A DNA stretch of 64,000 nt from Candidatus Poribacteria bacterium (GCA_965116925.1 OZ220744.1:3616001-3680000); one strand, 5' to 3'. Shown: positions 37,567-47,867, counted from the stretch's first letter. The notes: a model not told the origin generated them from the letters alone. Made by a program: numbers and translations.

Positions 37567-39021
37567 GTGACAAGAAAGAAAATTCTATTTACAGATTGGC
37601 GAGACATACAGTGCGGTGCGGTTGCTTGGTTGACGGCGGAAGGAGATCATTACCGGGTCAGTACGCCACCCGAACCACAGGTCCCCATGCGAGCCGAACC
37701 CCGTTTGGTCCCACGTGGCATCCGGCTGCAAGCACAACCGGCGTGTAAAGCAGGGAAAATGGAAAATTACGGAGGCTGGGGGCGCGTCATCTTCGATGGA
37801 GAGCAGCATCGCACGTGGTATATCGAAGTCAACGGAGTTTCAATGTTGGGGTCAGGGTCGGTGGCGCATACCGACACCATCACCTCTGTCGCTATCTGTG
37901 GAATTAAATCGCGAGATGGCTTTCACTGGGGCGAACCGACGCGCAGTGAAATCAGTGTGCCGGGACAGCGTGGCTTCGACGGGATGACCTTTTTCATCGA
38001 TCCACACGCCCCCGAATCCCAACGCTATAAGTTCATCTATTGCGCCCAATTCGAGGAGGGCATGTTTCAGCCGCATCTCATCGAATATTTCAACCGTCAA
38101 CCGCGCCATCGGGATGACCGCATATCCGGAGAGCGACGGTTTGGAATGTTCGCTGCTGTTTCGCCCGATGGTGTCAACTGGACGGCGTTACCCGAACCGT
38201 TTATGCTGCATCCAAGCGATACCGACACCACCGTACTGTGGAACGAAGCGCTGGAGCGATACGTGATGTATACCCGTATGATGCGAAACGGACGACGCTG
38301 GATCGGACGGGCAGAGGCAGAGGACTTTATGCACTGGACGCCCGTGGTGCCGATTATTTGGCCCCGCCTCGATGATCCGCCGGACTACGATTTCTACCTG
38401 AACGGTTATAGCCCCTATCCTGAACTTCCAGAGTATCAGTTGATGATTCCAATGCTGTATCACCGTTACACCGAGCGTAGTGAGGTTCGGCTCTATTCGA
38501 GCGAGGATGGTATCGCGTGGAATCAGATTCCCGGCGGTCCCATCTTGACACCCGGCGAGTTAGGGGAGTGGGATTGCGAGTTTATCGGCACGGGGAAGGA
38601 CCTCCAACCCTTTGGTACGAACGAGATTGCCATTCCCTATTCTGGAACGATTTACCCGCATAAGTTTCCGCGTTGGTCCCCGGTTTTTGCCGCAGCGAAC
38701 ATGGGGTGGGCGTGCTGGCAGAAGGACCGGCTCTGTGCGGTGACCACCGACAACGAAGGCGAATTTTGGACGATACCAATTCTCCCATCGGGTCGGCAGA
38801 TTCGACTGAACTTCCGTGCACCGATGGCGGGTAATATTGGTATTGGAATTGAGGGAGTAGCGGGACGTGCTGCGTCCGACTGCGATCCACTCACCGGTGA
38901 TTGGTCGGACAAGGTTGTGACATGGAACGGCGAGTCGGACATCAGGGCACCAGAGGGAAAACCGATTGCCCTGCATCTGAAACTGCGCGCTGCGGAGCTC
39001 TTCTCCGTTGCGTTTGAATAA
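37567..39021 (+). CDS. Putative beta-propeller glycoside hydrolase-like protein (GH32/GH43-clan-like)
   Basis: Repeated Asp-box-like S.DG..W motifs, SDTDT, C-terminal beta-sandwich; paralog-like to 57171-58589. Confidence 0.6.
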   Translation: MTRKKILFTDWRDIQCGAVAWLTAEGDHYRVSTPPEPQVPMRAEPRLVPRGIRLQAQPACKAGKMENYGGWGRVIFDGEQHRTWYIEVNGVSMLGSGSVAHTDTITSVAICGIKSRDGFHWGEPTRSEISVPGQRGFDGMTFFIDPHAPESQRYKFIYCAQFEEGMFQPHLIEYFNRQPRHRDDRISGERRFGMFAAVSPDGVNWTALPEPFMLHPSDTDTTVLWNEALERYVMYTRMMRNGRRWIGRAEAEDFMHWTPVVPIIWPRLDDPPDYDFYLNGYSPYPELPEYQLMIPMLYHRYTERSEVRLYSSEDGIAWNQIPGGPILTPGELGEWDCEFIGTGKDLQPFGTNEIAIPYSGTIYPHKFPRWSPVFAAANMGWACWQKDRLCAVTTDNEGEFWTIPILPSGRQIRLNFRAPMAGNIGIGIEGVAGRAASDCDPLTGDWSDKVVTWNGESDIRAPEGKPIALHLKLRAAELFSVAFE

Positions 39022-39050
39022 TCTCTTGTGCGAATTTCAAACGATGAAAG

Positions 39051-41042
39051 CTACTGGCTAACAACCGGAGCATTCACGACTGCAAGAAAATCGGGGTTAT
39101 GCCGCACGGACTCAAAGGCTTCGTCCTCCTCGAAAAAACGCTTAATCGAACCACGGGCTGCGCGCCGCCGATCCTCGTGAGCACGCTTGAGGTATTCGAG
39201 GCTTGCTTCACGATCATTGCGGAATCTTAGGGTCATCGCTGCCAGATACGCCATGAGTCTTCCCCCGGACGACCACACCCTGACCTCCCCCTCAATATAA
39301 TTTCGGCGTTGGTCCCAGTGTCGCGCTGCGCGGTTCAATAAGCGGATAGCAGCTTCGCCCTCTCCTACCTCTGCACAGCCCAGAGCGAGGCAGGTCGTGG
39401 CGATGTGGATCGCTATGAAATACTTCCGACTCAGCCAGCGACGGATATCTGCCACGCTGCCTCCCGTGGGATAACCTCCGGCGTTTCGGTAAGTCCGCTC
39501 CAGCCGTTTCCGCGTTGCCTCGCTTTCATCGGTGATACTTGCCAATGCGGTGTCTCGCTCAATGAGGTAACTCTCAAGATTGGCTTCGGCTTCAGCAAGC
39601 AACCCCTTCACCTTTTGATGTTCACCAAGCTGGTAATAGGTCGGTGCGAGATGGAGATAGTCACCCTGTGCCCCAATGAGAAGTGCCTGCTTTTCTGGAT
39701 CCGCTATCTCCGTATTTTGAAGCCAGTCGATGAACGCTTCAAAGGTATGAACCGCTTCCCGGTAGCGTCCCAATTCGCGTAATGTTTTACCACGTTCACG
39801 CGTGTAAAGCGCACGGTGCATCAGTGTGATTTCATCACCGATCTGCTCAACGAGATGCTCGGTCTGTTCCAACCAATCGGTAGCACATCCGACCTTGCGG
39901 TACGCATCAAAGACGTGGAAGTATGACTCAAGTTGGTCGGTCAGGGTTATTTGATCGTCAAACCGCTTCAGCAGCGTTTTGTGGGCGTTTACTGCTCGCT
40001 TGTGGTCAGCGACGCACGGCTCCTGCATCTCGGCGATACTCCTGCACCCGGCGTCGAAACCAGCGTCGAAATCGTCCGTCGTCATGGCAAAGTTCCAAAG
40101 CAGATCCACATATTCCTCACACCGTTGAAACTGATGGTACAGATGCGCCAGTGCCCGGACCGTATCGGGGTCCCGTGCGCCGAGTCGATAGGCACAGGCG
40201 AGTTCGGTACACGCTTCTTCAATCAACGTGCTATCAACCGTTCCATCTGGGAGAGAAAGCTGCTCCTCAATCATCTCCCGTGCGACCATACCGAGTCCTC
40301 GATATGCGGGGGCGTAGTCCGCTTGAACGTCTGCGGCGCGTTGGAACTGTTCGCGGGCACTTTTCCAATTGCCATCGGCAAGATACCGCTCACCCCGTTT
40401 TATCGCCTCTGTGACAACCTGCTCGGTAAAGTCTTCTGTCAGAGGTTGGTTCTCAATCGTGTTTTCGACCATACGAATCATCTCCTGCTTCAATCGTTCG
40501 CGTGCGTCCGACAATCGCGTGGTAACCGCCGTCTGTGAGATCCCCAGAAATTCTGCAATCTCAGTGGACTTCATCTCGCGGATGTAGGATAGGATCAGGA
40601 CCTCAGAAGAAATTTCAGGTAACGAAATGAGACAACGCCACAGCAGTTGACGCAGCTCTGCGTGTTCGGCAGTTTCGTGAGGCGTTTTTTCCGCTGCACT
40701 GACCTGTAGCAGCCGAGCTTTGTGCGCTGATTCCCAAGTGTTTTCGAGTAACCCCTCAAGACTCAAATCGTCTCGCTTCTCCCGGTAGAGCCACTTGTTG
40801 GCGAGGTTCCGCGCGATCCCACACAGCCACGTACCGACCTTTTCCGGTGCGTCAAGGGATTCGATCGACAGATACGCTGTGACAAACGTCTCCGATGTCA
40901 AATCTTGGGCTTGATGGAAGTCCCGCACTTTCGGCAAGATGACGCTGTACACCGCCTTTTTGTATTTTTCAACAAGCACTGTAAAGGCTGTGGAATCGCC
41001 ACCTCGGATGGCGTGAACGATTTGTAGGTCATCTTGCTTCAA
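39051..41042 (-). CDS. ECF sigma factor with long C-terminal TPR-like extension
   Basis: Region 2 (AQDLTSETF..WLCGIARN) and region 4 (EIAEFLGISQTAVTTRL..AR..LK), then ~470 aa of helical repeats. TTG start follows GGAGGT. Confidence 0.85.
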   Translation of the reverse strand: MKQDDLQIVHAIRGGDSTAFTVLVEKYKKAVYSVILPKVRDFHQAQDLTSETFVTAYLSIESLDAPEKVGTWLCGIARNLANKWLYREKRDDLSLEGLLENTWESAHKARLLQVSAAEKTPHETAEHAELRQLLWRCLISLPEISSEVLILSYIREMKSTEIAEFLGISQTAVTTRLSDARERLKQEMIRMVENTIENQPLTEDFTEQVVTEAIKRGERYLADGNWKSAREQFQRAADVQADYAPAYRGLGMVAREMIEEQLSLPDGTVDSTLIEEACTELACAYRLGARDPDTVRALAHLYHQFQRCEEYVDLLWNFAMTTDDFDAGFDAGCRSIAEMQEPCVADHKRAVNAHKTLLKRFDDQITLTDQLESYFHVFDAYRKVGCATDWLEQTEHLVEQIGDEITLMHRALYTRERGKTLRELGRYREAVHTFEAFIDWLQNTEIADPEKQALLIGAQGDYLHLAPTYYQLGEHQKVKGLLAEAEANLESYLIERDTALASITDESEATRKRLERTYRNAGGYPTGGSVADIRRWLSRKYFIAIHIATTCLALGCAEVGEGEAAIRLLNRAARHWDQRRNYIEGEVRVWSSGGRLMAYLAAMTLRFRNDREASLEYLKRAHEDRRRAARGSIKRFFEEDEAFESVRHNPDFLAVVNAPVVSQ

Positions 41043-41109
41043 TGTGTTACCTCCCTTCATTATATTATGTACCCAAACGACGAAAAATGTCAGCGACTTT
41101 TTTTATTTT

Positions 41110-41383
41110 TAGGACTTACGCATTTCAGCACAGTCGGCGCGGGGGAACCAGATGCCCCGCACCGATAAATCCCCGATGATCGGGACAGGCGGGATGCAAG
41201 TTAAAAACTCTCGGAACGGAGCACTAAGGTTGGCTGCGTAAATCCTAAAAGTGTTAGATTTTGTTAGATTTTGCCAAGGGTGCTGTTAAAGTTAGGACTT
41301 ATGTAGTAGGAGAGGCTTCCGATTCTCGACAAGTGTTTCGGTGAAACCAGATGCCCTGCTTACAGTTGGATGCGTAAGTCCTA
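41110..41383. mobile_element. Composite of two family E MITEs (41110-41247, 41293-41383) with outer 5-bp TSD ATTTT
   Basis: TAGGACTTAC/TGCGTAA(A/G)TCCTA termini; atttt at 41105-41109 and 41384-41388; aaagt at both inner junctions. Confidence 0.75.
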
Positions 41384-41500
41384 ATTTTTTTTGGAGGACA
41401 GTGGTGGTTCTTTTGCCTCAACCCCGCTGAAATTGTCCCTTGACTTACGCACGTTGTTGGATTAAGATAAATGAAGGGTGCTCATAAATAGCCACTGGTG

Positions 41501-42003
41501 CCAGTGCATTGTCAGGTAAATTATGCTTGTGTATATGGATTGAAAGCAAACAATAACATATATAGGGCTTACGCGGTTGAACGGTCAAAGTCCTGTAGTT
41601 CGGCGATTCATCGCCGCTGGACACCGTTGCCAACGCCCGATGAATCGGGCAACTACAATCTGGAGTGCGTAAGTCCTGATATATAATAATTCCAAAACTT
41701 ATCTGACTGAGTACTAGCACTCAGTCAGATAAGTTTTGCATATCAACAAGGGGGTCGGGTGACCCGACCCCTACGAAGTATTATGAGTCTCAATCCATAT
41801 AGACAAGCATAATTTGCCTGACAGTGTACTAGTACATTGTCAGATAAATGTAGCGTAAACTGTTAGTTTGCGGGCTCGGATCACAATCTAACAGATTGTG
41901 GTACAAAAGGCTCCTTTAGATACTTCCCCACAAAGCGGCTTGGATATGTCTATCCAAGTCAAGCGGTGAGTGGCTTATCACTATTTATTTGACAGAGTAC
42001 TAG
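41501..42003. mobile_element. Three abutting family F MITEs (CTAGTACTCAGTCA..TGACAGTGTACTAG) joined through shared CTAG
   Basis: Units 41501-41717, 41714-41832 and 41829-42003, each with different internal cargo. Confidence 0.8.
41563..41678. mobile_element. Family E MITE nested in family F, 5-bp TSD ATATA
   Basis: TAGGGCTTACGC..TGCGTAAGTCCTG; atata at 41558-41562 and 41679-41683. Confidence 0.85.
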
Positions 42004-42204
42004 TTTACAGTTATTGATAACGTGATGCGTGAAACGTGAAAACCATTGGTTCAACCCTTGTCCCATTTTCGCGCATCAGGTACGCTATCCTGAAAATCCT
42101 TAAATCCTGAATATCCTGATTCAGACAATAATTATGAGCACTCCTCAGATAAATGAGGATGGGCAAAATTCAATGCGCGTCATTGCTGGAAAGGTATTAT
42201 AAAC

Positions 42205-42332
42205 ATGAAAGATTTTAACACATACCAAACTGAATCCAGAAAAACTTGGGGTATCATCCCGATGAACCACCCGATTGTTTATCCGATAGGCAAGAAAGAG
42301 GTCAAATTGGAGGAGATGGTGATAACAGATAA
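42205..42332 (+). pseudogene. Internally deleted MazG-like nucleoside triphosphate pyrophosphohydrolase remnant
   Basis: N-terminus MKDFNTYQTESRKTWGIIPMNHPIVYP joined out of frame to C-terminus RQERGQIGGDGDNR*; catalytic core absent. Confidence 0.65.
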
Positions 42333-42385
42333 CGTCAACCGACGCGGATCACTATAACAAGCACTCAGACAAAGGAGACACAAGA

Positions 42386-43924
42386 ATGTCCGACAAACGC
42401 CCAAATATCCTATTCGCTTTCGCTGACGATTGGGGAAGGTACGCCAGTGCGTATAGACAGATCGAAGGGGATAACACGCCCAATGCCCTGCTGGACACAC
42501 CGAACTTTGACCGCGTAGCACGTGAGGGTGTCCTGTTCACCAACGCTTTCGTGCCTGCACCTTCCTGTACACCGTGCCGGAGTTCTATACTTACGGGTCG
42601 CTACTTCTGGCAGACGGGACGCGGCGCAATCCTTCAAGGGGCGATCTGGGATCCGTCCATCCCCTCATATCCCTTACTGCTGGAAGAAGCGGGCTACCAT
42701 ATCGGCTACACCTATAAAGCGTGGTCGCCGGGGGTGCCGCGCGATGCCCCCTACGGCGGAGACCGGACGCGCTACGCACCGGCGGGAACGAAGTTCGGCG
42801 AGTTTTCGTTCGTTGCCACGGAAAACGTTCCTGAACACGGAGTCGAAGGTGCAAAACAAATTCTCTACGATGAATCGCGCCAAAACTTCGACGCCTTTCT
42901 GGAGGCACGTCCACCGGATACACCGTTCTGCTACTGGTGGGGTCCCACGAACACACATCGTAAATGGCAGCGCGGATCTGGCAAAGCACTCTGGGGATTG
43001 GACCCGGACGACCTGAAAGGGCGGCTGCCCGCTTTTCTGCCGGACGTGCACGATGTACGCGAGGATGTCTGTGATTACTTGGGTGAATGCCTTGCTGTAG
43101 ATGCTGGGCTCGGGGGACTTCTGGAACGCCTAGAAGAATTGGGAGAGTTGGATAATACACTAATTGTTGTGAGCGGCGATCACGGCATTCCGGGCTTCCC
43201 TCGTGGCAAGTGCAACCTATACAACCTCGGCTGCGAGGTGGCACTAGCGGCACGTTGGCCCGGACATATCCCCGCAGGTCGCACATTAAATGACTTTGTG
43301 AACCTCATGGATCTGGCACCGACCTTCATGGAAGCTGCTGGTGTTGAGCCCCACAGCGATATGACAGCTCGGAGTCTATTAAATGTGCTGACCTCATCGC
43401 AAGACGAGCAGGTGGATCCAGAACGGACGTTTGTTGTTACCGGTCGAGAGCGGCACGTCGGTACAGCACGGGAGGGAAATCTGCCTTACCCGCAACGCGC
43501 CATCCGCACGAAGGATTTTCTGTACATCCGCAACTTTACTCCCGACCGTTGGCCGATGGGTGATCCGAAGGGTTTGGACGATCCCACTGCGGAGCCGCCA
43601 TCGTTCGACGATCTGTGCGATGATACCAGACTCGTCTATCCGGACATGGATGCCAGTCCAACGAAGGCGTGGATGATCCACCACCGTGAGGAGACACAGG
43701 TGCAGAGGCTATTCGAGATCGGATTTGGGAAGTTTCCGGCGGAGGAACTCTACGATCTGCGGGTAGATCCGCACTACTTGAACAATGTAGCAGAGGATGC
43801 TCAATATAAGGAAACCCGACAACAACTCTCCGATCAACTCATGAGCGTTCTGACAGCACAGGAAGATCCGCGAGTTGTCGAGCCGGACTGCCGTTTCGAG
43901 CGTTCCCCATTCACAGACATCTAG
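42386..43924 (+). CDS. Sulfatase (formylglycine-dependent, Cys-type)
   Basis: PNILFAFADD, CTPCRSSILTGRY, SGDHG and EELYDL..DP motifs. Confidence 0.95.
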   Translation: MSDKRPNILFAFADDWGRYASAYRQIEGDNTPNALLDTPNFDRVAREGVLFTNAFVPAPSCTPCRSSILTGRYFWQTGRGAILQGAIWDPSIPSYPLLLEEAGYHIGYTYKAWSPGVPRDAPYGGDRTRYAPAGTKFGEFSFVATENVPEHGVEGAKQILYDESRQNFDAFLEARPPDTPFCYWWGPTNTHRKWQRGSGKALWGLDPDDLKGRLPAFLPDVHDVREDVCDYLGECLAVDAGLGGLLERLEELGELDNTLIVVSGDHGIPGFPRGKCNLYNLGCEVALAARWPGHIPAGRTLNDFVNLMDLAPTFMEAAGVEPHSDMTARSLLNVLTSSQDEQVDPERTFVVTGRERHVGTAREGNLPYPQRAIRTKDFLYIRNFTPDRWPMGDPKGLDDPTAEPPSFDDLCDDTRLVYPDMDASPTKAWMIHHREETQVQRLFEIGFGKFPAEELYDLRVDPHYLNNVAEDAQYKETRQQLSDQLMSVLTAQEDPRVVEPDCRFERSPFTDI

Positions 43925-43996
43925 GAACATTTGATTCTCCTGCAGGAGGGATCTCCGAATCCCGACTTCCTATTGGTTTAAGAAAGGACAAGATAT

Positions 43997-44980
43997 ATGA
44001 TTCAGATTGCAGAGATGCTTGGTCCACAACCCTCATCACTGTGGAAAATGGTCAAGCAGTGCGGCGTTGATTATGCGGTCGGCGCGATGGACACCGCGAA
44101 CGATGCGGAAGACCTACCGCTAGCGGAACGGCCGTGGGGTTACAATTCACTCTCACGGGTGAAAAAGGCTTACGAGGACGGGGGATTTGAACTCGCTGTC
44201 CTTGAGAGCCGTCCACCGTTGAACAACGCCAAGCTTGGATTGCCCGGACGTGACGAGGAAATCGAGACCGCCTGCGAACTGCTCCGCAATATGGGAAGAT
44301 TGGGCATTCCGGTTTGGTGTTATGAGTGGATGGCGGTGTTCAACTGGATGCGTACCTCCATAGAGATCCCGTCTCGCGGCGGCGCACTCGTGACGGGTTA
44401 CGACAACGAACAGATGCGCGACGAGCCAAACACTGAATTCGGCCTCGTAACTGAAGAGCAGTTGTGGGATAACCTGAAATACTTCCTTGAGCGCGTCGTG
44501 CCGGTCGCTGAGGAGGCAAATGTCAAATTGGCGATGCATCCCGACGACCCACCACTTTCTCCCATCCGGGGAATTGGTCGGATTATGCGGAGCGTTGAGA
44601 ACTATCAGCGCCTGATTGATCTGGTGCCGAGTCCGGTGAACGGGATCACGCTCTGTCAGGGCAACTTTACACTGATGACAGGCGATCTGCCGTCAGTTAT
44701 TCGCCACTTCGGAGAACAGGACAAAATCTTCTTTGTGCATCTGCGCGATGTCAGGGGAACGCCGGAACAATTCGAGGAGACCTTCCACGACGATGGCAAA
44801 ACCGATATGTTAGCGTGTCTGGAGGCATATCGGGATATTGGATTCGATGGCGTGCTGCGTCCCGATCATGTGCCAACAATGGAGGGCGATAGCAACGAAC
44901 ACGCTGGATATTCATCGCTTGGACGGTTGTTTGCCATCGGTTATATCAAGGGGCTGCGTGAATCGGTCTATAAGGACTGA
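43997..44980 (+). CDS. uxuA: Mannonate dehydratase
   Basis: [46 protein letters not shown] and RPDHVP motifs. Confidence 0.92.
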   Translation: MIQIAEMLGPQPSSLWKMVKQCGVDYAVGAMDTANDAEDLPLAERPWGYNSLSRVKKAYEDGGFELAVLESRPPLNNAKLGLPGRDEEIETACELLRNMGRLGIPVWCYEWMAVFNWMRTSIEIPSRGGALVTGYDNEQMRDEPNTEFGLVTEEQLWDNLKYFLERVVPVAEEANVKLAMHPDDPPLSPIRGIGRIMRSVENYQRLIDLVPSPVNGITLCQGNFTLMTGDLPSVIRHFGEQDKIFFVHLRDVRGTPEQFEETFHDDGKTDMLACLEAYRDIGFDGVLRPDHVPTMEGDSNEHAGYSSLGRLFAIGYIKGLRESVYKD

Positions 44981-45056
44981 ATTAGAAGATTTGCTGGCAC
45001 AAGATCCGTCCCGGCAATAGCGTAGCAAAAAAATTCTACTGCAAATCAGATATTCT

Positions 45057-45085
45057 TTGACAAACCGATGAATACAGGTTATAAT
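45057..45085 (+). promoter_or_regulatory. Perfect sigma70 promoter of the iron ABC operon
   Basis: TTGACA-N17-TATAAT. Confidence 0.85.
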
Positions 45086-45094
45086 TATACCCGT

Positions 45095-45125
45095 GTTATT
45101 GAAACTGAATCTCAATATCAATAAC
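45095..45125. promoter_or_regulatory. Fur-like palindromic operator
   Basis: GTTATTGAAACTGAATCTCAATATCAATAAC, 24 of 31 positions self-complementary, just downstream of the -10 box of an iron-uptake operon. Confidence 0.7.
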
Positions 45126-45163
45126 ATGAACATAAAATAACTGTACAATTTTCGGAGGTTACA

Positions 45164-46162
45164 ATGCTGAGATATCTGGTTGGAGTTCTAGGGTTATTCC
45201 TAACTGTGTGGACGGTCAACGCAACCGATACCAGAGAATTGGTCGTCTATTCAGGACGTAGCAAGGGTTTGGTTCACCCTATTATCAAGCAGTTTGAGAA
45301 GGAAACCGGCATCACGGTCAAGGTGCGTTACGGTAACACCGCTCAACTTGCGGTGGCTCTGTTGGAAGAGGGGGAAAAAAGCCCCGCCGATCTTTTCTGG
45401 GCGCAAGATGCAGGCGCACTCGGCGCGGTTAGTAAACACGGTTTATTTCAAGCCCTACCCGAATCTGTCCTATCGAAAGTCCCCGCCAAATTTCGCAATG
45501 CTGACGGAACGTGGACTGCAACAAGCGGTCGTGCACGGGTTCTCGCTTACGCGCCTGAACGGGTCAAGGCGGAGGAACTGCCCAACAGCATCTTCGATTT
45601 GACCGATGCGAAGTGGAAGGGGCGTGTCGGCTGGGCACCGCAGAACGCGTCATTTCAAGCCTTTGTAACGGCGATGCGTGTCCTTGAGGGAGAGGCAAAA
45701 GCGGAGGAATGGCTGCGCGGCATGAAGGCAAATGGGGCGAAAAGTTACCCGAAGAACACACCTATTATTCGGGCACTTGCCGCTGGCGAAATTGACCTCG
45801 GTTTGCCCAACCACTATTACTTGATGCGCTTCAAAAAGAGTGACTCTGGCTTTCCTGTGGAACAAGCTTTCTTCGGAGCCGGCGATGCGGGAAACCTCGT
45901 CAACGTCGCTGGAATCGGTATCCTTAAAAGCAGCAGTCACACCGAAGAGGTGAGCAGCTTTGTCGAATATTTATTATCCCCAAAAGTGCAGCAGTTCTTC
46001 ATCAGTGAGGTCTTTGAGTATCCTGTTACGGAGGCGGGCATTCCTAGCGCAAAATTGCTGCCACCGGATGAACTCATAAAACTAACACCCGAGATCAACC
46101 TAGAAAAGTTGGATGACCTAGAAGGAACCTTGAAACTGCTGCGTGAGGCAGACATTTTGTGA
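45164..46162 (+). CDS. fbpA: Fe(III) ABC transporter substrate-binding protein (FbpA/FutA)
   Basis: Signal peptide, LVVYSGR, EGEKSPADLF, and NHYY iron-ligand tyrosines. Confidence 0.9.
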   Translation: MLRYLVGVLGLFLTVWTVNATDTRELVVYSGRSKGLVHPIIKQFEKETGITVKVRYGNTAQLAVALLEEGEKSPADLFWAQDAGALGAVSKHGLFQALPESVLSKVPAKFRNADGTWTATSGRARVLAYAPERVKAEELPNSIFDLTDAKWKGRVGWAPQNASFQAFVTAMRVLEGEAKAEEWLRGMKANGAKSYPKNTPIIRALAAGEIDLGLPNHYYLMRFKKSDSGFPVEQAFFGAGDAGNLVNVAGIGILKSSSHTEEVSSFVEYLLSPKVQQFFISEVFEYPVTEAGIPSAKLLPPDELIKLTPEINLEKLDDLEGTLKLLREADIL

Positions 46163-47751
46163 TCCATTCTGAGACGCGATCTTTTCCACCATGGTATTTC
46201 CTCGTCCCCGGAGTTGCCGTCGGGACTGGAATAGTGCTGCCACTGATTTACCTCCTTGTGCGAGCATTCGAGGCGGAAGCGGGAGAGTTGATCCAAATCG
46301 TCTTCCGCACTCGGACCGTGTATCTTTTGGGTAATACCCTCCTCCTCGTCATCGGGGTGGTTGGGACCGGCGTACTTTTAGCAGCACCGCTCGCATGGAT
46401 AACAACACGGACGGATCTCAGAGGCAAACGGATTTTTACGTTGCTTGGGGTGTTACCATTGGCAATCCCCGGTTATGTAATGGCTTACGCTTTATTGGGA
46501 TTAAGCGGTCCCCACGGAACCTTTGCCATCCTGTTTGGGCCAAGTTTTCCAAATCTCCGGGGATACTGGGGTGCTCTCATCGCCCTCAGTTTCTACACAT
46601 TTCCTTATCTCTTTCTAAACCTCCGGACGGCACTATTAGGGTTGGACCCTGCGATTGAGGAATCCGCCTATAGCCTCGGCAGCAAGTCTCAGGAGGTCTT
46701 CTTTCATGCAATCCTTCCACAACTTCGGCCCGCTCTCTATGCCGGTGGACTCTTGGTTGGATTGCATGTGCTCGGGGACTTCGGTGTGGTATCTCTGATG
46801 CGATACGAAACCTTCAGCTATGCCCTCTACGCGCAATACACCGCCGCTTTTGACCGTACCTACGCCGCGTGGCTTGCGTTGATGCTGCTTGCACTCACCG
46901 GCAGCCTGCTCTATCTCGAAGCGCGGTTGTTACGTGGGAGTCGGTTTCACCGCACGGGCAGCGGGACATCACATCAAGCCAACTTAATCTTTCTGGGTAT
47001 CTGGAGGATACCTACCTACGTTTATCTCGGTATTTTGACGCTCGCCAGCGTGGTTGCCCCGATTGTAACAATCAGCTTTTGGACGCTGCAGGGGGTGGAT
47101 GATTCATATATGCAGGATTTCTTCCAAGCACTCTCTGGCTCTCTGCTGGTATCAACCCCCGCGGCTTTCCTCACCGCTGCTTTGGCAGTGCCCTTAGCCT
47201 ATTTAGGTGTGCGATATTCATCTTTGATCTGCCGTACATTAGAACGTGGTGCATATATCGGTTATGCGACACCGCCGTTAGCGTTCGCACTCGCGCTCAT
47301 CTTCTTTTTTCGGGGAGTGCCGGTGATTTATCAGACTATTTGGATCTTGATCTACGCCTATACTGTACATTTTCTCGCAGAGGCGATCGGTCCCGTCCGC
47401 AGTGCACTCTATCAAGCCTCTCCCCGTTTGGAGGAAGCTGCCAGATCACTCGGCTATCGCCCTCTCAAAGCGTTTTTCAAAGCCACCTTTCCACTGTTGC
47501 GCAGCGGGGTTATTGTCAGCATCGCTTTCGTTTTTCTCGCAGCAATGAAGGAACTTCCGCTGACCTTCCTGCTTTCGCCCGCAGGATATGAGACCTTGGC
47601 GGTGAACGTCTGGAGCTACACAACGGAAGCGATGTTCGCTGAAGGAGCACGGTATGCACTCACAATTGTGCTCTGCTCCGCGCTATTTGTAGGTCTGTTG
47701 TTAATGAAAAACGTGAGAGTATCACATGAAGGTGTAGAAGCACAAACATAA
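46159..47751 (+). CDS. fbpB: Fe(III) ABC transporter permease (FbpB/FutB)
   Basis: Duplicated permease with two EAA loops (IEESAYSLG, LEEAARSLG), LAIPGYV and MKELP. Confidence 0.9.
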   Translation: MIHSETRSFPPWYFLVPGVAVGTGIVLPLIYLLVRAFEAEAGELIQIVFRTRTVYLLGNTLLLVIGVVGTGVLLAAPLAWITTRTDLRGKRIFTLLGVLPLAIPGYVMAYALLGLSGPHGTFAILFGPSFPNLRGYWGALIALSFYTFPYLFLNLRTALLGLDPAIEESAYSLGSKSQEVFFHAILPQLRPALYAGGLLVGLHVLGDFGVVSLMRYETFSYALYAQYTAAFDRTYAAWLALMLLALTGSLLYLEARLLRGSRFHRTGSGTSHQANLIFLGIWRIPTYVYLGILTLASVVAPIVTISFWTLQGVDDSYMQDFFQALSGSLLVSTPAAFLTAALAVPLAYLGVRYSSLICRTLERGAYIGYATPPLAFALALIFFFRGVPVIYQTIWILIYAYTVHFLAEAIGPVRSALYQASPRLEEAARSLGYRPLKAFFKATFPLLRSGVIVSIAFVFLAAMKELPLTFLLSPAGYETLAVNVWSYTTEAMFAEGARYALTIVLCSALFVGLLLMKNVRVSHEGVEAQT

Positions 47752-47867
47752 TTAGCAAATGGACGAAATGAGAAAAAAGAGGTCCAGGATTCTAATGAGT
47801 CGTTCACGTTTTACGTTTCACGTTTCATATCTTGCACCTCGCATTGCACGGAATTGAAGGAGTTGTA

